Source: Candidatus Poribacteria bacterium
GTDB lineage: Bacteria > Poribacteria > WGA-4E > WGA-3G
DNA length: 64,000 nt
Direction: 5' to 3'
Assembly: GCA_963665235.2 (NCBI GenBank)
Contig: CAXXLX010000002.1
Location: 576,001 to 640,000, forward strand
In this document: positions 1 through 9,335 of the stretch, piece after piece
How the letters are laid out: each line of letters starts with the position of its first letter
Position numbering within the stretch: position 1 is the stretch's first letter
Notes under the pieces: generated by a model
Told to the model about the DNA's origin: nothing
The model's input: the letters and a program-made list of their open reading frames with translations, nothing else
The model's database searches: none
Made by a program: the position numbers and the translations under genes

Positions 1-294
1 TGCCACTGGCAAATTAGGCTCTAACCTTATTGCTATGTTACAATCTTCGAGGGCGCGCTCGTAATCACCTTTGATACGGTATGCGCTACCCCGATTGCTG
101 TATGCCTCGGCATAGTTTACATCGCGACTAATAGCTGTGTTGAAGTCTTTAATAGCGCGCTCAATATCGCCTAGATTGCCGTAAGCAACGCCACGATAGT
201 TATAACCTTGGGCAAAGGTAGGTCTCCGTTCAATCGCTTTGTTGTAGCGCTGGATAGCGTTTTCGTAAGATGCCCGATCTGTTTGTGTGTGCAT
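1..294 (-). CDS. Tetratricopeptide-repeat protein, 5' part (runs off the window start)
   Basis: Manual translation from ATG 294 gives MHTQTDRASYENAIQRYNKAIERRPTFAQGYNYRGVAYGNLGDIERAIKDFNTAISRDVNYAEAYSNRGSAY..., which is TPR consensus (AY.NRG.AY...GD...AI.D...AI). AAGGAGA RBS upstream. Not in the ORF track. Confidence 0.85.
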   Translation of the reverse strand, partial: MHTQTDRASYENAIQRYNKAIERRPTFAQGYNYRGVAYGNLGDIERAIKDFNTAISRDVNYAEAYSNRGSAYRIKGDYERALEDCNIAIRLEPNLPVA

Positions 295-297
295 GTT

Positions 298-1029
298 TTA
301 CGTCTCCTTGTCGTTGCGAAGTTGAGACTGGGTATCCTGAAAGACATCATCCCTCGATGGCATTTCGACCTCGTAAACTTCTACGCATTCCTTCAGGTGG
401 GTGCCCTGCTCTCTAATAAACCCGTGGAAATCATTGTAAACGGTTTGTGTTGAAATACCGTGCTGTTCTCGCAGATGGTCTAATATCGGTTCCTTGAGTG
501 ATGCGGGAATATCTATTACAGCGAAATGTTCAGAATCAATAAACCCCTTCGGTGGCCGAACGAATATACTTTTCTGTGCTATGATACGGTTTTGCGGGTT
601 CCGAGGTTCTTTAATTTGATAGTTCTTATTTATCTCCCCACTTCTCTCCAACAAAATAATCCTGCCGGGTTTTCCAAGTGAACCGTCACATGCGAAAAAG
701 AGGGCTATGTGGTTGTCTGTTGTAAAGTCGATAAGATTGGTATAACCGCCGTAGTGTTGGAGTTCTGTCAAGATTTCAAAGCTATCTTCCTCGTAGGTAT
801 ATTTTTTAGCCACCGTCAGCATTCGCTGTTGGATAGCTTCTATATCGAATTCCCCTGTTCCAATTTCTTTCCGGCATTCACGCCACAGACTTGAAGATAC
901 TTTCTCATAGTGTTGTGGTTCACCGCGATAGATGAAGCCACCACCAGCGGTTGTTTCTGCTATCCTACCGATTATCTCTAAAATGCTGTTGCGTTCGGTT
1001 TCTTGTGTGTTCAAATTTGCTCTCCACAA
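298..1029 (-). CDS. FRG domain protein
   Basis: Motifs IYRGE, LQHYGGYTNLIDFT...ALFFAC and NxRIIAQKSIF are typical of the FRG domain. The start may be TTG 1014. Confidence 0.85.
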   Translation of the reverse strand: MWRANLNTQETERNSILEIIGRIAETTAGGGFIYRGEPQHYEKVSSSLWRECRKEIGTGEFDIEAIQQRMLTVAKKYTYEEDSFEILTELQHYGGYTNLIDFTTDNHIALFFACDGSLGKPGRIILLERSGEINKNYQIKEPRNPQNRIIAQKSIFVRPPKGFIDSEHFAVIDIPASLKEPILDHLREQHGISTQTVYNDFHGFIREQGTHLKECVEVYEVEMPSRDDVFQDTQSQLRNDKET

Positions 1030-1051
1030 TGCGAATTTCCTCTGATATTAA

Positions 1052-1080
1052 ATTATACCTTGTTCGCGTTCGCTTGTCAA
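1052..1080 (-). promoter_or_regulatory. Consensus sigma-70 promoter for the FRG/TPR genes
   Basis: Minus strand TTGACA (1075-1080), 17 bp, TATAAT (1052-1057). Confidence 0.8.
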
Positions 1081-1119
1081 TTTCAATTTTGCGGAGCTAA
1101 AGGGGGGGTAAACCTTATG

Positions 1120-2748
1120 CTAACCGCCATCTTCAGAGAGTATTTCCTGTCTTTCTCTGATAAGTCCAACGAAGACACAAGCCCCCATTCCTAACAGCAC
1201 AATCGCGAAGGGGAAACCTACCACAAGCGCGGCCGCTTGCATTGCCTTCAAACCACCACCAAGCAGGAGCGCAATGGCAACCAATCCCTCGGCAGAACAC
1301 CAAAACACGCGTTGTACTACCGGAGCGTCAAACTTACCGCCAGATGTAATAGTATCCACAACCAGCGACCCGGAGTCCGACGAGGTGACGAAAAAGATGA
1401 TTAACAAAACAATGCTAACGAAGGAAGCGAGCTGTGTCAAGGGCAATTGCTCAAACATTTTGAATAGCGCAAGCTCATACGTCCCTGATGCAACAATCTG
1501 CATCACACCGGTGTAGCCATCGGCAAGGAACTGATGGATAGCTGTGCCGCCAAAAGTGCTCATGCATAATAAAATAATCAGCATAGGGAGGACAAGAACA
1601 CAGGACAGGAATTCGCGAACCGTGCGCCCTTTTGAAATGCGGGCAATAAAAGTACCAACGAACGGGCCCCAGGTAATCCACCATGCCAAGTGGAACGCCG
1701 ACCAATCGTGTATAAAGTAGGAATCCGTACGCCCTACCCAATTGCTGAACGGCACAATCTTAACGAAGTAGGTGCCAAGTCCCTTAAGAAAGTTACTGAA
1801 AATAGCACCGGTTGGGCCTACGACGATTACGAATAAAAATAGGCTAACCGTGATGCAGATATTTATTTGGCTGAGCCGTTTGATACCGACATCAAGTCCA
1901 CTGATTACCGAAACCGTAGCGACTACGGTAATCAGTGAGATTAAGACCACTTTGGTAGTATTGGTCCCGGGAATGTTGAACAAATAGTTAAGCCCTGCTG
2001 TCACCTGTTCGGAGCCCAAACCGAGCGATGGGGCAAGCCCGAACAACGTCGCGAAAACAGCAAGTGTATCAATAATGTGACCAGGCCAGCCCCAGACGCG
2101 GTCACCGAGCAGCGGATAGAACGCTGAACGTAGTGCAAGCGGCAATCCGCGATTATAGGTGAAAAATGCAAGCGCAAGTCCAACGACCGCGTAACCCGCC
2201 CAACCATGGAGCCCCCAGTGAAAAGCTATCGATGCAAAACTCATAGTTCGCGCCGCTTTGACATCCGGATCGTTCAGGTCGGGAGGCGGCTGACCAACAT
2301 CGTACACCTTGGTCATGTTGAATGGAGGATTTTGAAAATGATGAACAGGCTCGATTACCCCGAAATATACGAGTCCGATTGCTAAGCCTGCCGAAAAGAG
2401 CATGGCAATCCACGTAAGCGTAGAGTAATCCGGCACTGCATCCTGCCCACCGAGGCGCACCTTTCCAAGCGGAGAAACAATCAGGTACAGGCAAAACAGC
2501 ACAAGAAGACTACAGCTCAGCAAAAATACCCAATCTAAGCGTGAAGTCATCCACACCCGGATATTTTCAAAAACAATTGTCGCCTTCTCTTGGAACACAA
2601 GGGCCACAAGCACAAAAATAACAATGGAGAGACTGGAGGTCAAGAAAACCGGGGCGTTGATATCAAGCCCAAATATTTGGAGGTTGTTCTGACCGACCCG
2701 GTAACTCGTATCTGACTTTAGCTGCGACTTTTTCTCTTCATGTTGCAT
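1120..2748 (-). CDS. BCCT-family (betaine/choline/carnitine) transporter, paralog 1
   Basis: About 12 TM segments. Motifs FHWG, GPFVGTFIARISKGRTVREF and FFVTSSDSGSLV. Confidence 0.95.
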   Translation of the reverse strand: MQHEEKKSQLKSDTSYRVGQNNLQIFGLDINAPVFLTSSLSIVIFVLVALVFQEKATIVFENIRVWMTSRLDWVFLLSCSLLVLFCLYLIVSPLGKVRLGGQDAVPDYSTLTWIAMLFSAGLAIGLVYFGVIEPVHHFQNPPFNMTKVYDVGQPPPDLNDPDVKAARTMSFASIAFHWGLHGWAGYAVVGLALAFFTYNRGLPLALRSAFYPLLGDRVWGWPGHIIDTLAVFATLFGLAPSLGLGSEQVTAGLNYLFNIPGTNTTKVVLISLITVVATVSVISGLDVGIKRLSQINICITVSLFLFVIVVGPTGAIFSNFLKGLGTYFVKIVPFSNWVGRTDSYFIHDWSAFHLAWWITWGPFVGTFIARISKGRTVREFLSCVLVLPMLIILLCMSTFGGTAIHQFLADGYTGVMQIVASGTYELALFKMFEQLPLTQLASFVSIVLLIIFFVTSSDSGSLVVDTITSGGKFDAPVVQRVFWCSAEGLVAIALLLGGGLKAMQAAALVVGFPFAIVLLGMGACVFVGLIRERQEILSEDGG

Positions 2749-2786
2749 TTTTTAACGGTTCCGAATCCTCTACGATGTTAATGCAT

Positions 2787-2901
2787 CAGGACTTACGCAA
2801 ATTTAGCACAGAGCCTCGTAGGGGCGAGGTCACCTCGCCCGCTAAGTCTCCCTCTAAATCCCATTATCTATGGACTTTATCAACGCGCTGCGTAAGTCCT
2901 G
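2787..2901. mobile_element. 115-bp MITE-like element with 13-bp perfect terminal inverted repeats and an internal REP-like hairpin
   Basis: CAGGACTTACGCA (2787-2799) and TGCGTAAGTCCTG (2889-2901). The internal GTAGGGGCGAGGTCACCTCGCCC block is duplicated just outside the element (about 2907-2950). A 22-bp reverse-complement match to the left end lies at 57756-57777. Confidence 0.65.
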
Positions 2902-3051
2902 TTAGGACAGAGCCTCGTAGGGGCGAGGTCACCTCGCCCGCTAAGTCTCCACCGCGTGTCCGGAAACATAGGACTTATGCTAAAAGCGAGAACCGTCTTG
3001 CTGTTGGGCAGTTCTATGCCTTGCGCGCACAAGTCCTATATTGATAGCAAA

Positions 3052-4782
3052 TTATTCCATCGAATTCCCATCTTCAGAGAGTGTTTCTTCAGAGAGTGTT
3101 TCCCGTCTTTCTCTGATAAGTCCAACGAGAGCACACGCTCCCATGCCTAACAGCACAATCGCGAAGGGGAAACCTGTTGCAATGGCAGCGGCTTGTAAAG
3201 CTACCAATCCTCCGCCCAGTAATAGCGCGATAGCGACTAACCCTTCGGCAGTACACCAAAACACGCGTTGGGCAACCGGTGCGTCAACCTTGCCACCTGC
3301 TGCAATGATGTCAATAATCAGGGAACCGGAGTCAGATGAAGTGACGAAAAATATAATCGTCAACAGCATTGCGGCACAAGAAAGTAGGGTTGTCCACGGT
3401 AATCCTTTGAACATTCCGAAAAGTGCAAGTTCATAATTATATGTCTCAACTTTTTCGGTTACACTCGTGAAATTCTCAGCAAGGAACTGGTGGATTGCGG
3501 TGCCGCCGAAGACACTAAACCAGATAAGACATAAAAGTGTCGGCAGCAGCAGTACGAAAATAACAAACTGGCGAACTGTGCGTCCCTTTGAGATGCGGGC
3601 AATAAAGGTCCCAATAAATGGTGCCCAAGCAATCCACCACGCCCAATAGAAGGTCGTCCAATCGTGGAGGAATGCTGTATCTTCACGCCCCACCCAGTTG
3701 CTGAGCGGTACAATTTTCATGACATAAGTCCCAAGTCCAGCGAACATGCTTTGGAAAATGTAACGCGTTGGACCGAGCACAAAAATAGTTAACAGTAGAA
3801 TGAACGCAAGAATTATGTTGAACTGACTGAGACGTTTGATACCAACATTAATCCCTGTCATTACCGAAATCAATGCAATGGCTGTAATCCCCACAATCAA
3901 TATGACCATGGTGACTTTATTATCCGGAATTGCGAACAGATCGTTAAGACCGGCGGTCACCTGGTCAGCACCTAAACCGAGGGAAGTTGCAAGACCAAAA
4001 ATCCCTGCGAAGATAGCAAATGTATCGATGATGTGTCCGGGCCACCCCCATATCCGCTCACCAAATATCGGATAAAACGCGGACCGGATTAGCAGGGGTA
4101 ATCCACGGTTGTAGGCAAAAAATGCAAGGGCAAGTCCTACGACCCCATAAACTGCCCACGCTTGCAATCCCCAGTGAAAAACTGTTGTTGCTATTCCCAC
4201 GGAGGCTGCCGCTTGAACTTTGGTATCTTCGATGTTAGGAACATTTTTAACACTGTAATCCGCCTCTGCGTCATAATTGGCATCTCCGATGTTAGGGACA
4301 TCTTCAACATTATAAATTGCCTTTGGGTCATAAACCGTTTCTGTGTTCAGAGGCGAATAGGCACCACCCTGAAAATAGGTGACCGGTTCTGACACACCAA
4401 AGAACAGAAGCCCAATCCCTACCCCTGCTGCAAAAAGCATGGCAAGCCATGTTAGGTTGGAGTATTCTGGTTTTGCATCTGCCCCACCGAGACGAATCTT
4501 GCCGAGGGGTGAGAGGGCTACAATCAAACAGAAGAGAAAGATGAGGTTGACAGTGCCCATGAACAACCAATCAAGATTTGTGGTAAGCCAGACTCGTGCA
4601 GCTTTAAAAATTTTTTCGGCATCCTCTTGGAAGATTAGAGTGCCAATGATAAAGGCAACAATCGTAATAGCAGAGACCACGAATACAGGCGTAAGGTAAA
4701 TCTCTAAACCGAAGAGTTTCCTATATCTGCCTTCGTCCACTTGATGTGGCATCTGTTGCGGTTGTTTTTCTTCTTCATTCAT
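3052..4782 (-). CDS. BCCT-family transporter, paralog 2
   Basis: AGVGIG (TM3 GxGxG), FHWGLQAWAVY, DWTTFYWAWWIAWAPFIGTFIARISKGRT, FFVTSSDSG. Confidence 0.95.
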   Translation of the reverse strand: MNEEEKQPQQMPHQVDEGRYRKLFGLEIYLTPVFVVSAITIVAFIIGTLIFQEDAEKIFKAARVWLTTNLDWLFMGTVNLIFLFCLIVALSPLGKIRLGGADAKPEYSNLTWLAMLFAAGVGIGLLFFGVSEPVTYFQGGAYSPLNTETVYDPKAIYNVEDVPNIGDANYDAEADYSVKNVPNIEDTKVQAAASVGIATTVFHWGLQAWAVYGVVGLALAFFAYNRGLPLLIRSAFYPIFGERIWGWPGHIIDTFAIFAGIFGLATSLGLGADQVTAGLNDLFAIPDNKVTMVILIVGITAIALISVMTGINVGIKRLSQFNIILAFILLLTIFVLGPTRYIFQSMFAGLGTYVMKIVPLSNWVGREDTAFLHDWTTFYWAWWIAWAPFIGTFIARISKGRTVRQFVIFVLLLPTLLCLIWFSVFGGTAIHQFLAENFTSVTEKVETYNYELALFGMFKGLPWTTLLSCAAMLLTIIFFVTSSDSGSLIIDIIAAGGKVDAPVAQRVFWCTAEGLVAIALLLGGGLVALQAAAIATGFPFAIVLLGMGACALVGLIRERRETLSEETLSEDGNSME

Positions 4783-4846
4783 TTTAGTTTCTCCTTATAG
4801 GCACAAACTGGAAAGTTTATGCTACAATTTGAGATGGGTAAACCGA

Positions 4847-6184
4847 TTAGAAATAATAACCGAAGTTAAAGTTGAGCCGCCAATGCCATATATCATTACC
4901 GTTCGCACCAACGTGATTAACCCCCGTATAGATATTGTTATAATCATCCCCTTCATTACCAACGAAGAAGTTGCCGTTGGAAATTGCCATATCACTATAG
5001 ACATAGAGCGCGCCGAACACTGTCCAACTAGCACCGAGCATAACAAGATTACTCGGATTATAGTCCTCCACAGTTTTGAGAATAGTACTGAATTCAACAT
5101 AAGGCGTAACGCTATCTATCCAGGAAACACTTGAGGTGTCTATACCCCCGTATCGTAGCGACACGGCAGGGATTATTCCCTCAGATGCGACGGGCCATGC
5201 AAAGTCGTAAGCTCCCATCGGAATCAGGTCGCCTGTGCCCCACGGGGTGTCATCGGGGATATTGTGCGCGTAATAGGTGAATTGAGAAAAGAGGGTAAAA
5301 TCGGCAAAAGAATTTTTCATGTGTGCGGAGAAGGCGTAGTGAGTACCGCTATCATCTTCACCTACGTTTGTGCCTTTCAGCAACCCGTATTGGAGCGATA
5401 CCCCAAGGTCAGCGATGTCTGGTAAAGCATAGATGGCGCGTAGGTTAAATTGATGTTGTTCCTCAAACCCGTTTTCCTCCGCACCCCATTCGACGTTTCC
5501 CTCTTTATCCGCTTTTTCTTTCCATTTAACAACGTCATAACCGTATAGAGAACTTTGAAGACTGCCTCCATCGGTCTGCGGTTCACTCATGGGATAGTAT
5601 CCGACACTGAGTGCCAGTTTATCAAAAGTGGTATCCCACCGGATACCCACATCCGGATCATCAGCGAGGCCGACATAAAAATGCTGATCAAAAAACCAGC
5701 TCGTAGAAACACCGTAAGGTGTAGGTCCGAAAGGCACTCGGACAACACCTGCTTTAAGTGTGCCGATATCACCGAGATTATAGCCCAACCATGCGGTGTG
5801 AATAAAACTATAGTTATCGTACCATCGGTATTCAACCCGACCGATGACGTTGTTAAAATCCAGGTCGGCATTGAGGCGGAATATTTCGAGGTCAACATCG
5901 CCAATCCTGTCGCCTCGCCGATGCGGGTTGTCTTCATCGCCGTAAGTGCCGTAGACGTAATTTAATCGCAGTGCCCCGCCGATTTTTAGCGGACTTTTCT
6001 GGGGAGCTTCAGCTTCAGCTTCAGCCTCAGCTTCAGCTTCGACAGCTGCCTCTTCATCTGCATCTGCTATAGCGAACGGCGTAAAAACTAACAAAATCGC
6101 CACTGCTATTCCTAAGAAACAGTGATAGGATGTTCCTCTTTTAAAAACACAACTCATGAAACTTACTATTTTAGACATAAGCAA
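4847..6184 (-). CDS. Putative outer-membrane beta-barrel porin heading the BCCT operon
   Basis: Signal peptide, (AE)n acidic linker, amphipathic beta-strands and C-terminal RLNFNFGYYF (aromatic BAM-type end). Co-oriented upstream of two BCCT genes. Confidence 0.7.
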   Translation of the reverse strand: MLMSKIVSFMSCVFKRGTSYHCFLGIAVAILLVFTPFAIADADEEAAVEAEAEAEAEAEAPQKSPLKIGGALRLNYVYGTYGDEDNPHRRGDRIGDVDLEIFRLNADLDFNNVIGRVEYRWYDNYSFIHTAWLGYNLGDIGTLKAGVVRVPFGPTPYGVSTSWFFDQHFYVGLADDPDVGIRWDTTFDKLALSVGYYPMSEPQTDGGSLQSSLYGYDVVKWKEKADKEGNVEWGAEENGFEEQHQFNLRAIYALPDIADLGVSLQYGLLKGTNVGEDDSGTHYAFSAHMKNSFADFTLFSQFTYYAHNIPDDTPWGTGDLIPMGAYDFAWPVASEGIIPAVSLRYGGIDTSSVSWIDSVTPYVEFSTILKTVEDYNPSNLVMLGASWTVFGALYVYSDMAISNGNFFVGNEGDDYNNIYTGVNHVGANGNDIWHWRLNFNFGYYF

Positions 6185-6332
6185 TACCTACTTTGGTTGA
6201 AAAATATTGTTCGAGCGTTGAATAGGTGGACCAGCAAAATGCCGCCGGGTACTAAACTAACTTGAGCTAATCATAAACGATAAACGCTGGTAAAACTAAA
6301 CACAAATTCAACTTTACTAATTTTTAATCTGT

Positions 6333-6361
6333 ATTATAACATATTTTCTATTGTTTTTCAA
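6333..6361 (-). promoter_or_regulatory. Sigma-70 promoter of the porin-BCCT-BCCT operon
   Basis: TTGAAA (6356-6361), 17 bp, TATAAT (6333-6338) on the minus strand. Confidence 0.6.
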
Positions 6362-6434
6362 GGAAAAAAGCATTCTAACTAATGTACACTAAACTTTGGA
6401 CAATTTTCGGGAGGCACAACGTTCTTGTCAAAGG

Positions 6435-7148
6435 GGTAGGTGGAAGGTTGGAAGAATGGAAGGGTGGAGGAGGGGAAGAGGGTTTTGAGGCGCAGCAGAG
6501 ATATGCTTAGCATCACAATCCTCTTGCTAACTGCTAATGGTTTCCAACATTCTATAAACATTCCGCCCCGCTGGGGCTAGTTTGTGGGATGGTTGCGGTG
6601 TTCTATAAACATTCCACCCCGCTGGGGAAACTGGACTTTTGCACATTAGGGACTATTTTCTGGTATTTGTAACGTGAGCTTGATAATAAATGTCCGTTTG
6701 TGCTAACCTCTATAAACATATCGTCCTTGAGGAGCGGGAAACCGTTTGCCCGAATACTGGGACTAAGAGTTTTGGCGTTAGCGGCTGTTTCTATAAATAT
6801 ATCGTCCCTACGGGACTAGGAGTCGGAGGGAAACGTCCTCTCTGTCACGATTAAACATTCTAGGACGGTGAGTCCCTACGGGACTAGGAGTCGGACGGAA
6901 ACGGACCTTCTATAAACATATCGTCCTTAAGAGCGGGAAACCGTTGGTTTCCCGAATACTGGGACTAAAGAGACTTTTTTCAAACTCACGTTTGTGCACG
7001 AAACAGGTCGGCAAAGAAACTCTTAATTCCGCGTTCTCCGCGATAATCCGTGATTCAGACAACACAAGCGAAATCCACCCTTCCACCCTTCCATTCTTCC
7101 ACCCTTCCACCCTTCCACTATCCTTTGTGCAAAAACTTTACACACTCC
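6435..7148. repeat. Composite intergenic repeat cluster: TGGAAG microsatellite, about 6 REP-like CTATAAA(C/T)AT...hairpin units, and one MITE end
   Basis: Units such as TTCTATAAATATATCGTCCCTACGGGACTAG and TTCTATAAACATTCCGCCCCGCTGGGGCTAG. Segment 7030-7148 is the reverse complement homolog of the left arm of the MITE at 34388 (GTGTGTAAAGTTTTTG...TGGAAG...GGATTTCGC..TGTGTTGTCTGAAT). Confidence 0.8.
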
Positions 7149-7221
7149 TTGCAATATCTTCACAGATGTGCTAAAATATAAAAGGCTTAAAACTCAGGAA
7201 CACATATTTCGGAGGAAATTC

Positions 7222-8274
7222 ATGTATAAAATCGGACTCATCCCTGGTGACGGCATCGGCCCCGAAGTGACCAGCGAAGCGATGAAGGTCTTCGGGGCCG
7301 CAGCCGCACAAGCAGGGCTCCAATACGAAACCGTTGAATACGATGTCGGGGGGGACCGTTATCTCGCTACAGGAGAGGTGTTACCGGACTCGGTATTGGA
7401 AGAACTACGACAACTTGACGCTATCTATCTAGGGGCTATCGGACATCCCGATGTCAAACCCGGTATTTTAGAGAAAGGGATTCTGCTAAAGGTCCGCTTT
7501 GAACTCGATCTCTACATAAACCTACGCCCGGTTAAACTTTATCCAGGCGTGCCCACACCGCTGAAGGACAAAGGCCCAGAGGACATCGATTTTATCATTG
7601 TTCGCGAAAATACGGAGGGATTATACGCGGGTATCGGCGGGTTTTTGAAACGCGGCACACGCGATGAGGTTGCCATTCAGGAGATGATTAACACCTACAA
7701 AGGCGTTGAACGGTGTGTCCGCTACGCGTACGAGCTCACACAGAAACGCAATAAGGAAAATACGTTGACACTCTGCGATAAAGCGAATGTGCTAACATAC
7801 GCCCACGATTTGTGGCGGCGCGTCTTCGATGAGGTCGGAGAAGATTATCCAGACATTAAAAAGGAATACGCCTTTGTCGATGCCACGACTATGTGGATGG
7901 TCAAAAACCCGGAATGGTTCGATGTGATTGTGACATGCAATATGTTCGGCGATATTATCACGGACCTCGGGGCGATGATTCAGGGAGGCATGGGGGTTGC
8001 AGCTTCAGGCAATTTGAACCCAGAAAGCGTGGCAATGTTCGAACCGATTCACGGGTCAGCCCCACGCTACACCGGCAAAAACCAGATTAACCCAATCGCA
8101 GCGATTGGCGCAGCCGGCATGATGCTCGAACACCTTGGGTATTCGGAAGCCGCCGCAAATGTTGACAAATCTATCAGCAACTTGCTTGCAAGCGGAAAAA
8201 TTAAAGACCTCGGTGCCGGACGGATGGGATACACAACCGAAGAGGTTGGCGACATGCTCGCCGAAGGCCTATAA
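7222..8274 (+). CDS. leuB: 3-isopropylmalate dehydrogenase (isocitrate/isopropylmalate dehydrogenase family)
   Basis: [49 protein letters not shown] before ATG 7222. Confidence 0.85.
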   Translation: MYKIGLIPGDGIGPEVTSEAMKVFGAAAAQAGLQYETVEYDVGGDRYLATGEVLPDSVLEELRQLDAIYLGAIGHPDVKPGILEKGILLKVRFELDLYINLRPVKLYPGVPTPLKDKGPEDIDFIIVRENTEGLYAGIGGFLKRGTRDEVAIQEMINTYKGVERCVRYAYELTQKRNKENTLTLCDKANVLTYAHDLWRRVFDEVGEDYPDIKKEYAFVDATTMWMVKNPEWFDVIVTCNMFGDIITDLGAMIQGGMGVAASGNLNPESVAMFEPIHGSAPRYTGKNQINPIAAIGAAGMMLEHLGYSEAAANVDKSISNLLASGKIKDLGAGRMGYTTEEVGDMLAEGL

Positions 8275-8281
8275 ACTTGCC

Positions 8282-8537
8282 CTCTTCTGTAGGAGCGTGC
8301 TGTGCACGCGATACTCTTCTGTAGGAGCGTGCTGTGCACGCGATACTCTTCTGTAGGAGCGTGCTGTGCACGCGATACTCTTCTGTAGGAGCGTGCTGTG
8401 CACGCGATACTCTTCTGTAGGAGCGTGCTGTGCACGCGATACTCTTCTGTAGGAGCGTGCTGTGCACGCGATACTCTTCTGTAGGAGCGTGCTGTGCACG
8501 CGATACTCTTCTGTAGGAGCGTGCTGTGCACGCGATA
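8282..8537. repeat. Eight perfect head-to-tail copies of a 32-bp GTAG-type REP unit
   Basis: CTCTTCTGTAGGAGCGTGCTGTGCACGCGATA x8 with no spacers. Each unit has GTAG plus a GCGTGC-TGT-GCACGC hairpin. Lies between convergent genes. Confidence 0.95.
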
Positions 8538-8564
8538 TTAAGGCGCGGACTCAGAACACGCGTC

Positions 8565-9335
8565 TCACGCCAATTGCGCTGTAAAATTAATCCGATCTGA
8601 ATTGCGGTTCCAGCGATTGAAGGTGTACATGTCGTAAACACTCAACGTTTTATAACCTGCCTCCTTGAGGAGACGCGTCACTGTGTCTACTTCAAAGATT
8701 GTTTGCTGGTGTACCTCTTCAAACCTATGAAATAGGTCGCCTTCTCGGATAAAAAAGGTCAGGGAGGTCTGGCATATTTTGCTATAATAGAAATAGCTAT
8801 TTTTCCAGATGTAGGAATAATCGTCGTGATTTTCTGAGAAGGTTTTGTTGTGAAAATGCTCGACAATATTCCGTTCGGTCGTCACGTCGAAGATAAACAG
8901 CCCACCTGGGGCGAGGTGCGCTGAAACCGTCTGGAAGACGTTGCTGAGGTCGGTTTCGGTGCGGGCATAGTTGATGCTATCGTACGTGCAAAGGATTGCG
9001 TCAAACTGCTGCTCGAGGTCAAAGTAGCACATGTCGCCTTGATGGAATGCGATATCCACATTGTGTGTTTCCGCCTTTTCTTGCGCGATGTGCAACATAC
9101 CTGCTGCCCTATCTATACCGGTCATCTCGTAGCCTTTTGAGGCTAGCAGGACAGTCAACGTGCCTGTCCCGCATGCCACATCAAGGATACTAATCGGTTT
9201 AGAATCGTATTTGTCGAAGAGCGACTCAATGTAATTGCCCCAGCGGATGTAGTTGACGTTTTTCATCATCCGGTCGTAGACGTGAGAAAATTTTTCATAA
9301 GGTAGGGTCGAGTGTCCCGGTATCACTTTATTCAA
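8565..9335 (-). CDS. Class I SAM-dependent methyltransferase
   Basis: ILDVACGTG motif I, GID...M, GDM, DSINY, LAPGGLFIFD. Confidence 0.9.
   Translation of the reverse strand: MNKVIPGHSTLPYEKFSHVYDRMMKNVNYIRWGNYIESLFDKYDSKPISILDVACGTGTLTVLLASKGYEMTGIDRAAGMLHIAQEKAETHNVDIAFHQGDMCYFDLEQQFDAILCTYDSINYARTETDLSNVFQTVSAHLAPGGLFIFDVTTERNIVEHFHNKTFSENHDDYSYIWKNSYFYYSKICQTSLTFFIREGDLFHRFEEVHQQTIFEVDTVTRLLKEAGYKTLSVYDMYTFNRWNRNSDRINFTAQLA

Noticed and set aside
8282-8537. CRISPR array
   Set aside because: The 32-bp units are contiguous with no spacers, and there are no cas genes in the window. It is a tandem REP array.
8067-8641. Repetitive ORFs (154, 146, 76 and 73 aa)
   Set aside because: These are translations of the 32-bp tandem repeat, overlap real genes, and have no RBS.
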